Assembly (NCBI GenBank): GCA_048268245.1
Contig: JBLWVX010000009.1
Location: forward strand, 1 to 64,000
Reading direction: 5' to 3'
DNA length: 64,000 nt
Source: Arcobacteraceae bacterium
GTDB lineage: Bacteria > Campylobacterota > Campylobacteria > Campylobacterales > Arcobacteraceae
The translations under genes and the position numbers were made by a program. Position 1 is the stretch's first letter. The number at the start of each line of letters is the position of its first letter. Positions 9,607 through 22,230 of the stretch are shown piece by piece. The notes under the pieces are model-generated. The model made no database searches and was not told where the DNA came from. It saw only the letters and a list, made by a program, of their open reading frames with translations.

Positions 9607-10546
9607 ATTCAAACCTTTCTAAAAAGTTAACTAATTTTTCTTCACAATACTCTTCCATACACATATAGTTGTTCTCTTTTAAGTACCCATACATTCTATT
9701 TTGATTTGGAATAATTTTAATTCCAATAAAAGGAACATCCATAAATAGTAATTCATGAACCGTTGAACTTGTAGTTGTAATTGCTAAATCACTTTTATTC
9801 ATAAGTTTTGCTATCTCTTTTGAATTTATATGTAAAGATATATTTTCTTTACCATTACAATAATAAATTAACTCTTTTAGTTTTTTGTTAGCTGTTGTCG
9901 TAACTACATTAATTTTTAAGTTCTTAAAATTCTTTAATGCTTTTATAATTCTTGGATTTAAATTTTTAGGATCGGTTCCACCCATAATAAGTAATATACT
10001 TTTTATTTTTCCTGTTTTATTCACTTTTCTTTTTTTCTCTAAATAAAATTCTTCTCTAATAAGTGTATATTTACTACCACATTTTATTTTACAGAAGGCA
10101 GGAACTAGTTTTTTATACTCTTTTTCATTTGCACTAATATTATGATTAAGTAAAATATCACAATAATGTTTTATATGCTTATCATCAAAACATACAATTT
10201 TTATATTTGTTCTTTTTTTAATCTCTTTTTCATCATCATAAGTAATTTTATATGTATCAATTACTAGTACATCTATTTTTAATTTTTTAATTAAAGTTAT
10301 TAATTCATCAAGTAGTGAAGTTTTAAGTAGTTTTAATCTATAATTTTTTTGAGAGATAATACTGTTAATATTTCCTTCTAACTTCTGTTTAGCAAAAAAT
10401 ATTTTTGCTTTTTTATATCTTGAAGCTAAAACCAAATCTCTTACAACATGTCCTGCACCAATAGAAGAAGAAGAGTCTGTTCTAAAGAGTACTCTTTTTT
10501 TTAAATTCCCAATTTCTAATATATCTTTATTGCTTTTTTCGTACAT
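9599..10546 (-). CDS. pseG: UDP-2,4-diacylamido-2,4,6-trideoxy-altropyranose hydrolase
   Basis: FRTDSSSSIGAGHVVRDL and MGGTDP motifs; 315 aa, no fused GNAT domain. Confidence 0.9.
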   Translation of the reverse strand: MYEKSNKDILEIGNLKKRVLFRTDSSSSIGAGHVVRDLVLASRYKKAKIFFAKQKLEGNINSIISQKNYRLKLLKTSLLDELITLIKKLKIDVLVIDTYKITYDDEKEIKKRTNIKIVCFDDKHIKHYCDILLNHNISANEKEYKKLVPAFCKIKCGSKYTLIREEFYLEKKRKVNKTGKIKSILLIMGGTDPKNLNPRIIKALKNFKNLKINVVTTTANKKLKELIYYCNGKENISLHINSKEIAKLMNKSDLAITTTSSTVHELLFMDVPFIGIKIIPNQNRMYGYLKENNYMCMEEYCEEKLVNFLERFEYE

Positions 10547-10558
10547 TATTTTTAAACT

Positions 10559-11275
10559 TTATTTCTGAACTACATGAGAATTAATTTTTTCTATATCCTT
10601 ATTTTCTTCCAATAATGCTATTAGTTCCTCATAAGTAAAGTCTATTCTGTTATCAAAACTTTCATAAATTCTTTTTATACACTTGTAATCATCACCCTCA
10701 TCTAAGGTAAGCCTATACTGTGAGTGATCTTTACTATTTTTAATAAAGTCTATTTTTTTAACAACTCTTTTCATATATGAAGTAACATGTTCTTTATCAT
10801 AATCACTTGTAACTTCCCTATGGGTTCTTTCTAATAAAGAGAATTTAAAAATAGCTAACTCAAACCCTCTTGGGTAACCTGCAATTGCACCAGAATTCAC
10901 AAATTCACAATTTTCAGATATAAAATACTCAATTGATTTTTCTAAAATACTTCCATCTATTAATGGACAATCTGAAGTTAATCTTACAATAATTGTATCA
11001 TTAGTTGCTTTGTAATGAATAGCTGTTTTATAAAAACGATCTAAAACATTATGAACATCTCCTTCATAATAGTTTATCTCGTGTTTATTACATATATCTA
11101 ATATTGGTTGTTGATTTCCATCATCTGTAGTAGCAATAACTATATTTTCTTTAAATCTATCAAGTCTTTCAAGCATTACTTCTAAAGCAGTTTTATTGCA
11201 AAGGGGTAATAAAATCTTTCCTGGTAATCTTGTACTTGTTGTTCTTGCTTGTATTATAATTAATAAATTATTCAT
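10559..11275 (-). CDS. SpsF-type cytidylyltransferase, probable CMP-nonulosonate synthetase in the PseF position
   Basis: IIIQARTTSTRLPGK, VRLTSDCPLID, EHVT and RLTLD motifs; lies between pseC and pseG. Confidence 0.8.
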   Translation of the reverse strand: MNNLLIIIQARTTSTRLPGKILLPLCNKTALEVMLERLDRFKENIVIATTDDGNQQPILDICNKHEINYYEGDVHNVLDRFYKTAIHYKATNDTIIVRLTSDCPLIDGSILEKSIEYFISENCEFVNSGAIAGYPRGFELAIFKFSLLERTHREVTSDYDKEHVTSYMKRVVKKIDFIKNSKDHSQYRLTLDEGDDYKCIKRIYESFDNRIDFTYEELIALLEENKDIEKINSHVVQK

Positions 11276-12401
11276 CTAATAAATACTCCTTAAGAGATTT
11301 TATAACATAATCTAGTTCTTCAAATTTAAGTTTAGGATAAATAGGTAAAGAAATAGCTTTTTCATAGTAATCATCCATAATAGGAGTATTTTCATTGCCA
11401 TAACCCAAGGCTTCATAATACGGCTGTTTATTAATTGGTATATAATGATATTGTAAAAAGATATTTCTATTTCTTAAAAACAAAAACAACTCTTTTTTTG
11501 TTTTTTTAAATTTTTCAAAATCTATTTTCACCACATACAAATGATATGAAGAATTATTAGTATATTCGTATAAAGGCTCAATATTATTTATATCTTTAAA
11601 AATTTCATCATATCTTTTTGCTAAATCTCTTCTTTTTTCTATAAAACTATCAAGTTTTTTTAATTGTGACAAACCTAAAGCACATGAGATATCTGTAAGT
11701 CTATAATTATAGCCTAGTTCATTCATATCATAATGCCACGGTGCAATATCAGGTCTTGCTTTCATTCCATGATTTCTTAAAGATAAAATTTTTTCATAAA
11801 TTTCTTTACTATTTGTAAGTACTACTCCACCCTCACCAGTAGTCAGCTGTTTTACAGGATGAAAAGAAAAAACTGAAATGTCAGAGTTTTTACATGACCC
11901 AGTCTTAATACTATCAAATTTTGCTCCTATTGAGTGAGCACAATCTTCTAATATTTTAATATTAAATCTCTCTTTTAACTCTTTTAACTTCTTTTGATCT
12001 ACAGGATTACCTGAAAAATGAACTGCATAAATTGCTTTTATGGAAGGGTCTTCTTCCAAAGCTTCTTCACATAAATCCAAGTCAATATTTCCATTTTTTT
12101 GTATATCTACAAAAATTGGTTTTGCATTAGCATAAAGTATAGAATTTGTAGTTGCTAAAAAAGAATTTGGAGTAGTTATAACCTTATCTCCTTCTTTTAG
12201 TAAAACTAATGAAGATAAGTGTAAAGCAGCTGTTGCATTTGAAACTGCAACACAATACTTAGCTTGCGTATATTTGCATAAAGCTTTTTCAAACTCTTTT
12301 ACTTTTGGCCCTGTTGTTAAAAAGTCGCTTTTTAGAACTTCCACAACTGCATTTATATCATCATCGTCTATAGTTTGTTTTCCATATGGAATTATATTCA
12401 T
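11268..12401 (-). CDS. pseC: UDP-4-amino-4,6-dideoxy-N-acetyl-altrosamine transaminase
   Basis: IPYGKQ, LTTGP, SNATAALH, EDCAHS and FSFHPVKQLTTGEGG (PLP lysine) motifs. Confidence 0.93.
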   Translation of the reverse strand: MNIIPYGKQTIDDDDINAVVEVLKSDFLTTGPKVKEFEKALCKYTQAKYCVAVSNATAALHLSSLVLLKEGDKVITTPNSFLATTNSILYANAKPIFVDIQKNGNIDLDLCEEALEEDPSIKAIYAVHFSGNPVDQKKLKELKERFNIKILEDCAHSIGAKFDSIKTGSCKNSDISVFSFHPVKQLTTGEGGVVLTNSKEIYEKILSLRNHGMKARPDIAPWHYDMNELGYNYRLTDISCALGLSQLKKLDSFIEKRRDLAKRYDEIFKDINNIEPLYEYTNNSSYHLYVVKIDFEKFKKTKKELFLFLRNRNIFLQYHYIPINKQPYYEALGYGNENTPIMDDYYEKAISLPIYPKLKFEELDYVIKSLKEYLLDE

Positions 12402-12402
12402 T

Positions 12403-13413
<1,011 letters not shown>

Positions 13414-13497
13414 TTAATATAGTATAATATCAAATAAATTATTAATACTCTATATTAAGAGTTTATATGCAATAATAAACAAAAACTAGGTGTAGAT

Positions 13498-13710
13498 ATG
13501 GCTGAAAACAGTATTCCAGATAATATTATTAAAATTCAAAAAAAACTAGCTACTTTTGAAAAAGGTTCTAGAAACTACAAAAAGTACACTAAAATACTTG
13601 CAAAACATATTAAAAAACACTCTATGAAAAAAAGAGTGACTTCACATATAAAAACAATTGAAACTGTTGAGAAATTTACTGAAAAAAAGAACGAAAACAT
13701 AGAAAAATAA
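13498..13710 (+). CDS. Small basic hypothetical protein
   Basis: 70-aa Lys-rich ORF with host-like codons, upstream of recA. Confidence 0.6.
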   Translation: MAENSIPDNIIKIQKKLATFEKGSRNYKKYTKILAKHIKKHSMKKRVTSHIKTIETVEKFTEKKNENIEK

Positions 13711-13809
13711 AAAACATTACAATTTGCAATAAAAATATATACTTTATATTTTTTCTGCTAAAATTCCAACATATATAAAATAAATGAAATCTACACAGGA
13801 TAAAAAACA

Positions 13810-14844
13810 ATGGATGATAATCAAAAAAAATCTTTAGACTTAGCAATAAAACAAATTGATAAAGCATTTGGTAAAGGTACTTTAATTAGACTTGGGGATA
13901 AAGAAGTTATTCCAACTGAGTCTATTTCAACAGGATCTTTAGGACTTGATTTAGCACTTGGTGTTGGTGGTATTCCAAAAGGTAGAGTTGTTGAAATCTA
14001 TGGACCTGAATCATCTGGTAAAACTACACTTACACTTCATGCAATTGCAGAGTGTCAAAAAGCAGGTGGAGTTTGTGCCTTTATTGATGCGGAGCATGCT
14101 TTAGATACAAAATATGCAAGAGACATTGGAGTTGATATTGACAACTTACTTGTATCTCAACCTGATTTTGGTGAGCAAGCTTTAGAGATTTTAGAAACTG
14201 TTATTAGATCAGGAGCTGTTGATTTAGTTGTAGTTGACTCAGTTGCAGCACTTACTCCAAAAGTTGAGATTGATGGTGATATGGATGACCAACAAGTTGG
14301 TGTACAAGCAAGATTAATGTCAAAAGCTTTAAGAAAAATTACTGGTTTATTAAACAAAATGAACTGTACTGTAATTTTTATTAACCAAATAAGAATGAAA
14401 ATTGGTATGACAGGCTATGGAAGCCCAGAAACTACAACTGGTGGAAATGCTCTTAAATTCTATTCATCTGTAAGATTAGATATTAGAAGAATTGCTACAC
14501 TTAAACAAGCTGAAAATTCAATTGGTAATAGAGTAAAAGTAAAAGTTGTTAAAAATAAAGTAGCAGCACCATTTAAACAAGCAGAGTTTGATATTATGTT
14601 TGGTGAAGGTATTTCAAAAACTGGAGAACTTATTGATTATGGTGTGAAACTTGATATTGTAGATAAAGCCGGAGCTTGGTTCTCTTATGGTGATTCTAAA
14701 ATAGGTCAAGGAAAAGAAAACTCTAAAATCTTCTTAAAAGATAATCCTGAAATTGCAAATGAAATTGAAAAGAAAATTCTTGATGCAATGGGTGTAAATG
14801 ATGAAATCATCCAAGGTGAAGTAGAAGAAGATACAGAAGAGTAG
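13810..14844 (+). CDS. recA: Recombinase A
   Basis: [18 protein letters not shown] and GGNALKFY motifs. Confidence 0.99.
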   Translation: MDDNQKKSLDLAIKQIDKAFGKGTLIRLGDKEVIPTESISTGSLGLDLALGVGGIPKGRVVEIYGPESSGKTTLTLHAIAECQKAGGVCAFIDAEHALDTKYARDIGVDIDNLLVSQPDFGEQALEILETVIRSGAVDLVVVDSVAALTPKVEIDGDMDDQQVGVQARLMSKALRKITGLLNKMNCTVIFINQIRMKIGMTGYGSPETTTGGNALKFYSSVRLDIRRIATLKQAENSIGNRVKVKVVKNKVAAPFKQAEFDIMFGEGISKTGELIDYGVKLDIVDKAGAWFSYGDSKIGQGKENSKIFLKDNPEIANEIEKKILDAMGVNDEIIQGEVEEDTEE

Positions 14845-14862
14845 AAAAAACTACTTATATAG

Positions 14863-14896
14863 AAAAGGGGAAGAATATAATTCTTCCCCTTTTTTT
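14863..14896 (+). terminator. Rho-independent terminator after recA
   Basis: Perfect 14-bp inverted repeat AAAAGGGGAAGAAT-ATA-ATTCTTCCCCTTTT running into a T tract. Confidence 0.85.
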
Positions 14897-14939
14897 ATAC
14901 CTATAAATTTGTAAAAGCAAAGAAAAATTTAATTTTAGC

Positions 14940-14945
14940 TATAAT
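14940..14945 (+). promoter_or_regulatory. Probable -10 box of the eno operon
   Basis: TATAAT about 30 nt upstream of the GTG start, with an AGGAG RBS in between. Confidence 0.5.
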
Positions 14946-14976
14946 GTAGCAAATTATATGAATATAGGAGACCTAA

Positions 14977-16251
<1,275 letters not shown>

Positions 16252-16269
16252 TTAGATATTTAGTAGTTT

Positions 16270-16512
16270 ATGAAAAAAAAGCAACGTGGACTAAAAAAGT
16301 TTTTTATAATTGTAATTATTTCAGTAATAATTACAATCTTTTTAAGTTACCATGTTGCAAATATTCTTTTTGGAGATAATTCTTTAAAGGTTTATAATTC
16401 TTTAAAACATAAAAGAGATTATCTTCAAAATGAAATAAAAAGATTGCAAAAAGAGAATGCATATTTACAAAAAGAGTATTTTGAATTAAAAAACTTGGAG
16501 CCAGAACAATGA
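16270..16512 (+). CDS. Septum formation initiator (FtsB/DivIC-like)
   Basis: Single TM helix plus coiled coil (LQKENAYLQKEYFEL), directly after eno. Confidence 0.75.
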   Translation: MKKKQRGLKKFFIIVIISVIITIFLSYHVANILFGDNSLKVYNSLKHKRDYLQNEIKRLQKENAYLQKEYFELKNLEPEQ

Positions 16513-17261
16513 AAACTTTATCTTTATTTACATCAGCGCTTATTTTAGCTGTAAGCTTAGAAGCAAGAGAAAATCCATTTGATACTACAGCTGCATACGA
16601 AGAAGAAGCAGCAAGAATTATAGAGCTTAATGAAGAGAGCTTATATAACCCGAGTGAAGAAGATTATGCTCAAAGAATGCAAGAAAAACTTGCAGTTGAA
16701 GGTGAAAATAAAAATGAAGTTGAGAAACAAATAGAAAAAATTGTTCCTATGATGCAAGAAAAAACAAAGCAAGAACATAAATACTCAAAAGATGAAGTAG
16801 AAAAACTTATCAAAAAAGCTCAAAAACAAACTGAATACAAAACAAAAAAACTAATAGAAAAAAAGCTTGAAGAAACAAAGAAAATTGAACCTAAACAAGT
16901 AGTATTTGTAAAACCTAGACCTGATGTAATAATTGAAAATACGACAAAAGAACTTCAAATTCTTCCTTTTGTAAAACTTGAATACTCAGATAGTGAACTA
17001 ATGATTCATACTGACTATAAAGTATCTAAAAAATTTAGTATAAACAAAGAGAACAAACTAATTATTGATTATAAAGCAAATGTAAACTTTTATACAAAAA
17101 GAGAAAACTTAGATTCAAAAAACTTCAAAAAGATTACAATTGGGAATCATAAAAAAAATGGATTCTTTAGAGTTGTAGTAGAACTTGATAAAAACCCATC
17201 TTCTTACAAAGTTGATTATAAAAACAACTTAATTACGATCTTTAATAGTGATGAAATGTGA
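16509..17261 (+). CDS. AMIN-domain periplasmic protein
   Basis: Signal peptide, ARENPF and C-terminal GNH..FFRVVVELD; typical eno-operon neighbour. Confidence 0.7.
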   Translation: MKTLSLFTSALILAVSLEARENPFDTTAAYEEEAARIIELNEESLYNPSEEDYAQRMQEKLAVEGENKNEVEKQIEKIVPMMQEKTKQEHKYSKDEVEKLIKKAQKQTEYKTKKLIEKKLEETKKIEPKQVVFVKPRPDVIIENTTKELQILPFVKLEYSDSELMIHTDYKVSKKFSINKENKLIIDYKANVNFYTKRENLDSKNFKKITIGNHKKNGFFRVVVELDKNPSSYKVDYKNNLITIFNSDEM

Positions 17262-18389
17262 TAGTATTCTAATTAATACCATCACTATTAATACTTCTAA
17301 AATAGCTGCTAAAATAAACGCATAATAATACTCTTGATCAATTGAATGATTATTATAAGCCAGTGTTGTTACTGCAATTAAAAGGGTGATTGGCATTGAG
17401 TGAGAAAGACCTATCATAAAGAACTTATTCCAACCCATCTCTTTTATAAATAACATAGAAGCTATAAATCTTATTCCAACCATTGCTGCAACTATTAATA
17501 AGGCTTTTATTAGTAAACCATCTTGTAATAAAGCTGTTAGCTCAAATGAAGCTCCAACGGAAATGAAGAAAATAGGAACTAACCAACCAAACCCAAAGTG
17601 TTCTAACTTATGAGATAATTGCTTATTATGCTTCTCAAAAAATGTTGTAATAAAAGTTCCTGCAATAAATGCTCCAAATGCAACTTTTAGATGTAATAAC
17701 ATCATTACAGCAATCATTAAAAAGAAAATTGCCATTGAAATTCTAATATCTTGTTCTTGATGGTCTTGCTCAGGCATCAAATAAGCTTTAATCTCAGGAA
17801 ACCACCAGATAAGATTATGAAATACTTTATATATTAAAAGCATTGATAATAAGAATGCTACAAATAAAAACATTGTTCGATAGAACTCAAAGTTTATTCC
17901 AAACTCTAGTGCAGCAGAAACCGTTGTAAGTGCAAAGATTGATACTATCTCACCTATAAGCCCTACTACTATGGATAATCTAATCCATTCAACATCCCCA
18001 TACTCTTTTTTTAATGCTGCTAATAAACCAATAGATATTAAAGGTAGAATTACGATAAATATATTTCCAAGCCCTAAATATACGGATATTAATGTGGATA
18101 AAGAAAAGAGAATTACATTGTAAATAAGGGACTTTTTTAGTATAGTAGGTGATATATTAGCAAGTTTTTTTAAATCTACTTCAAGTCCAGCTAAAAACAT
18201 CAAATATAAAAAACCAAGTTTAGAAGCTAAATCTAAAATGGCATGATCAGAGATAAAAGCAAAATAAGAAGCAATTGCTCCTAATATAATCTCCACAGTT
18301 ACAGTAGGAAGTTTTAATAACTTCCCTATTAATGGTGAAGAAAATATAATCAACGAAATTGTTATAATTATTAAAATCTCTTCACTCAT
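17229..18389 (-). CDS. Cation:proton antiporter (CPA2 family)
   Basis: Many TM helices; LMFLAGLEVD, GAFIAG and PIFFISVG motifs. Confidence 0.85.
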   Translation of the reverse strand: MSEEILIIITISLIIFSSPLIGKLLKLPTVTVEIILGAIASYFAFISDHAILDLASKLGFLYLMFLAGLEVDLKKLANISPTILKKSLIYNVILFSLSTLISVYLGLGNIFIVILPLISIGLLAALKKEYGDVEWIRLSIVVGLIGEIVSIFALTTVSAALEFGINFEFYRTMFLFVAFLLSMLLIYKVFHNLIWWFPEIKAYLMPEQDHQEQDIRISMAIFFLMIAVMMLLHLKVAFGAFIAGTFITTFFEKHNKQLSHKLEHFGFGWLVPIFFISVGASFELTALLQDGLLIKALLIVAAMVGIRFIASMLFIKEMGWNKFFMIGLSHSMPITLLIAVTTLAYNNHSIDQEYYYAFILAAILEVLIVMVLIRILSHFITIKDRN

Positions 18390-18418
18390 TAATTTAAACC
18401 TTTATATAATTACTAAAT

Positions 18419-19300
18419 CTATTTTTCGTTAGGCATTCTAACTACATGTTTTGCAATTTTATACCCTAAGGCTTCTAAAGCTGCTACATCATCTTTAGGA
18501 GTTTTACCCTCAGTAGTTAAGTAATCACCAATTACAAAAGCATTAGCACCTCTCTCAAAGATTTCATACTGTTGCTCACCAAACATTAACTCTCTTCCAC
18601 CTGCTACCATGATTTTATGTGCATTAGGAATCATTTCTCTTGCTAATTCGATTAATTCAAAAGCTTGTTCTCTTGTAATTGAATTCTCTACAAGAGGTAA
18701 TGCTTCATTTGGATGGAAGAAGTTTAAAGGTACATTCATAGGATCTAATGAAGCAATAGATTTTAACATAGAAATTCTATCTTCTTGAGTTTCACCCATT
18801 CCAAAAATCCCACCACATACAAGTTGTAAACCTGCTTCTTTAACATTTAAACAAGTTTGGTATCTTTCATCCCATGAGTGTGTTGTACAAATCTCTGGAT
18901 AATACTCTTTTGAAGCTTCTAAGTTGTGATTGTAGTTATCAACACCAGCAGCTTTTAGCTTTTTTAATTGTTCAACAGTTGCTGTACCATTACAAGCAAT
19001 TAATCTTAATCCTAAGTTTTCTGCTTTTACAGCCTTTGCAACTTCGGCAATATATTCAGTTTTTTTATCAGTAAGTCCTAATCCAGCTGTTACTAAACAG
19101 AACCCAACAGCTCCATTTTCTCTAGCTCTTTTAGCCTCTTCGATAATTTGCTCTACAGTTTTCATTTTATATCTTTGAATATCTGCTTTATATCTTACAC
19201 TTTGTGTACAGAATTTACAGTCTTCATTACAAGTACCACTTTCTACATTACAAATTGCACATAAAAATATTTCATCAGTCACTTTAAATTTTTCGTTCAT
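18419..19300 (-). CDS. bioB: Biotin synthase
   Basis: CNEDCKFCTQS radical-SAM motif, YNHNLE and GDYLTT. Confidence 0.95.
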   Translation of the reverse strand: MNEKFKVTDEIFLCAICNVESGTCNEDCKFCTQSVRYKADIQRYKMKTVEQIIEEAKRARENGAVGFCLVTAGLGLTDKKTEYIAEVAKAVKAENLGLRLIACNGTATVEQLKKLKAAGVDNYNHNLEASKEYYPEICTTHSWDERYQTCLNVKEAGLQLVCGGIFGMGETQEDRISMLKSIASLDPMNVPLNFFHPNEALPLVENSITREQAFELIELAREMIPNAHKIMVAGGRELMFGEQQYEIFERGANAFVIGDYLTTEGKTPKDDVAALEALGYKIAKHVVRMPNEK

Positions 19301-19802
19301 ATTTATACTCTTCTTTCTTAAAAAATTGTTCGTTTGTATTTTTAAAATAGTATGAGATTATATACTCATTTTCATTAATTTCTAAAAAGACACACTCAAT
19401 TAGTGGTTTTTCCCTTGCACAAACCTCCCCTGGGTTTACAAAAAGTGTCTTATTTTTATAATCATGCTCAAACATATGAGTATGTCCAAAAATAACCACA
19501 TCCGTATCAGGAGTTAGATGATAAGGTAAATGCATTAGTTTAAATTTTATATCTTTTATTTTAAAGTAGTACGGCTCTTGTTTAATTCTATACTTATTTG
19601 AAAAAGAAATTAAACCCATATCATTATTACCAAAAACTGAAACATAGACTAGACCTGATTGCTCAAGAAGTTTTAGGTTTTCTTCCACACATAAGTCTCC
19701 TGCATGGATTAAATATTGACTTCCTTTTTCTTTTAAAAAGTCAATTACTTCTTTTGTATAGCCCACCTGATGGTGGCTATCTGATAAAATTCCTATTTTC
19801 AT
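19284..19802 (-). CDS. YfcE-like metallophosphoesterase
   Basis: SDSH, HAGD, GNND, GHTH and NPG motifs. Confidence 0.88.
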   Translation of the reverse strand: MKIGILSDSHHQVGYTKEVIDFLKEKGSQYLIHAGDLCVEENLKLLEQSGLVYVSVFGNNDMGLISFSNKYRIKQEPYYFKIKDIKFKLMHLPYHLTPDTDVVIFGHTHMFEHDYKNKTLFVNPGEVCAREKPLIECVFLEINENEYIISYYFKNTNEQFFKKEEYKYERKI

Positions 19803-22171
19803 TAGCTTTTAGAAGGGCTCTTTTTTGCTGTCGTTTTTTTAGTTGTAGTCTTTTTTGTTGTTGTTTTCTTAGCTGTTGTCTTTTTTGCAGTAGCTTTTTT
19901 CGCTGTTGTTTTAGACTTTGGATCTTTTGCAATTATCTCTTGACACTCTTCTAATGTTAAATTTTCTGCAACTTTTCCTTTTGGTATTTTAAAGTTTTTT
20001 CTACCTTGTTTGATATATGCCCCATATCTTCCATTTAAGATTTGAATCTTTTCTTCTGCAAACTCTTTTATTGTAGCTTTTGCTTTTGCTTCATCAAGCT
20101 CTTTGATTACCTCTTTAGCTCTTGCTTCTTCAATAGTATATGGATCATCAGTTTTTAATGAATAATATTTACTTTTTACTTGTAAATACGGCCCAAATCT
20201 TCCAATGTTTGCTTTGATATCTTCCCCATCTTCTGTTTGTCCAACAACTCTTGGTAAAGTAAATAAAAATAGTGCTTCTTCAAGTGTAATTGTATCCATA
20301 TTTAAATGATCAGGAATTGCAACAAACTTTGGTTTTTCCTCATCATCTTTAGTACCAATTTGAACAAAAGGTCCATATCTTCCAACTCTAGCACTAATTG
20401 GCTTACCAGACTCTGGGTCTGTTCCAATCTCTCTTACTTGAAGATAATCTTCTTTATTAACACTCTCTTCTTTTTCAACAATTGTTTTTTTGAAATTTCC
20501 ATAAAAGTCAGTCATCACTTGTTCCCAAGCTATTTTACCCTCTGCAATTTCATCAAACTCTTCTTCTATTTTAGCTGTAAACCCTAAGTCAACAATATCT
20601 GAAAAATGATCATTTAAAAATGAGTTTACAATCTCTCCTGTTGGAGTTGGTGCTAATTTTTTATCTTCTGTTTTTACAACATATTCTCTTTGTTGTATTG
20701 TTGAAATAGTAGGAGCATAAGTTGATGGCCTTCCTATTCCTTCACTCTCTAATTTTTTAACTAGTGATGCTTCTGTATATCTTGCAGGTGGCTTTGTAAA
20801 TAACTGTTCTAACTCTAATTTTGAAAGATTTAAAACTGTACCTTTTTTGATTGTTGGAAGAATTTTTTCACTACTATCAAGTGCAGATTCAGGATTATCA
20901 CTTCCTTCTGTATATGCTTTCATAAAACCTGGGAATACTATTCTTTGTCCCTTTGTTTGGAACTCATATTCACCATCTTTTCCAGCTTGGATTTTATATG
21001 TAGTATTTGCAATTTGAGCCGGTGCCATTTGAGTAGCAAGTGTTCTTTTCCAAATTAAACTATAAAGTTTATATTGAGAAGCCTCTACATAAGGTTTTAT
21101 ATCACTTGGTTTTAAGCTTAGATTTACAGGTCTAATAGCTTCGTGAGCCTCTTGTGCTCCTTTTGCCTTAGATTTATAAACTCTAGGCTTACTTAATGAA
21201 TAGTCTTTTCCATATTCAGCTTCAATTACTTCTTTTGCAGCACTTGTTGCAACTTTAGAAAGGTTTAGTGAGTCAGTTCTCATATAAGTGATTAAACCAC
21301 CTGAATGATCTGGAATGTTTCCTACATTACCTTCATATAACTGCTGTGCAATAATCATTGTTTGCTTTACAGAATATCCAAGCTTTCTACTGGCTTCTTG
21401 CTGTAAAGTAGATGTTGTAAATGGAGCTGCTGGGTTTCTTTTTGAGTCTTTTTCCTCAATATCAACTAATGTGAAATTTCCAAGTTTTAAAGAAGCTTCT
21501 ATTGCTTTAGCTTGGGCTTCATTTGTTACTTTTACATTTTTACCATTCTCTTTAGCTAATTCTGATTTTAAAGATGGATCTATAAACTCAGATTTAATTT
21601 TCCAATATTCTTCTGGTTTAAACTCTCTAATTTCATTTTCTCTATCAACTATGATTTTAACTGCAACAGATTGAACCCTTCCTGCACTTAAACCATATCT
21701 TACTTTTTTCCATAATAATGGTGAAAGTTCATAACCAACAGCTCTATCTAAAATTCTTCTTGCTTGTTGGGCATCAACTAAATTTTGGTCAACATCTCTT
21801 GGGTTTTCTAATGCTTTTATTATTGCATCTTTAGTGATTTCGTGAAATACAATTCTTTTAATAGGGTTTTTTTCAATTTTTAGTGCGGGGATTAAGTGCC
21901 ATGCAATAGCCTCTCCCTCTCTATCCTCATCGGCCGCTAGATAGATTGTTGTATCTTTAGTAATCTCTTTTTTTAAATCGCTTATTACTTTCTTTTTATC
22001 AGTTGATACTAAATACTTTGGCTTAAAATTATCTTCTGGGTCAAACCCTAATTTTGATTTTGGTAAATCTCTTACATGACCCATAGAAGCCATTACCTTA
22101 AAATCTTTACCTAAAAATTTTGATATTGTCTTTGCTTTGGCTGGAGACTCCACTATTACTAAATTCTTCAC
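19802..22171 (-). CDS. topA: DNA topoisomerase I
   Basis: LVIVESPAKAK, DEDREGE, SAGRVQS and ITYMRTDS motifs. Confidence 0.98.
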   Translation of the reverse strand: MKNLVIVESPAKAKTISKFLGKDFKVMASMGHVRDLPKSKLGFDPEDNFKPKYLVSTDKKKVISDLKKEITKDTTIYLAADEDREGEAIAWHLIPALKIEKNPIKRIVFHEITKDAIIKALENPRDVDQNLVDAQQARRILDRAVGYELSPLLWKKVRYGLSAGRVQSVAVKIIVDRENEIREFKPEEYWKIKSEFIDPSLKSELAKENGKNVKVTNEAQAKAIEASLKLGNFTLVDIEEKDSKRNPAAPFTTSTLQQEASRKLGYSVKQTMIIAQQLYEGNVGNIPDHSGGLITYMRTDSLNLSKVATSAAKEVIEAEYGKDYSLSKPRVYKSKAKGAQEAHEAIRPVNLSLKPSDIKPYVEASQYKLYSLIWKRTLATQMAPAQIANTTYKIQAGKDGEYEFQTKGQRIVFPGFMKAYTEGSDNPESALDSSEKILPTIKKGTVLNLSKLELEQLFTKPPARYTEASLVKKLESEGIGRPSTYAPTISTIQQREYVVKTEDKKLAPTPTGEIVNSFLNDHFSDIVDLGFTAKIEEEFDEIAEGKIAWEQVMTDFYGNFKKTIVEKEESVNKEDYLQVREIGTDPESGKPISARVGRYGPFVQIGTKDDEEKPKFVAIPDHLNMDTITLEEALFLFTLPRVVGQTEDGEDIKANIGRFGPYLQVKSKYYSLKTDDPYTIEEARAKEVIKELDEAKAKATIKEFAEEKIQILNGRYGAYIKQGRKNFKIPKGKVAENLTLEECQEIIAKDPKSKTTAKKATAKKTTAKKTTTKKTTTKKTTAKKSPSKS
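19820..19912 (-). repeat. 15-bp-period repeats encoding the (K)KTTAK Lys-rich tail of TopA
   Basis: Translates to KTTAKKATAKKTTAKKTTTKKTTTKKTTAKK. Confidence 0.85.
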
Positions 22172-22230
22172 TAAAAAACCTCATTTCACTTTTTAAATTC
22201 GTGCATTCTAACATAAATTAATTAATATTT

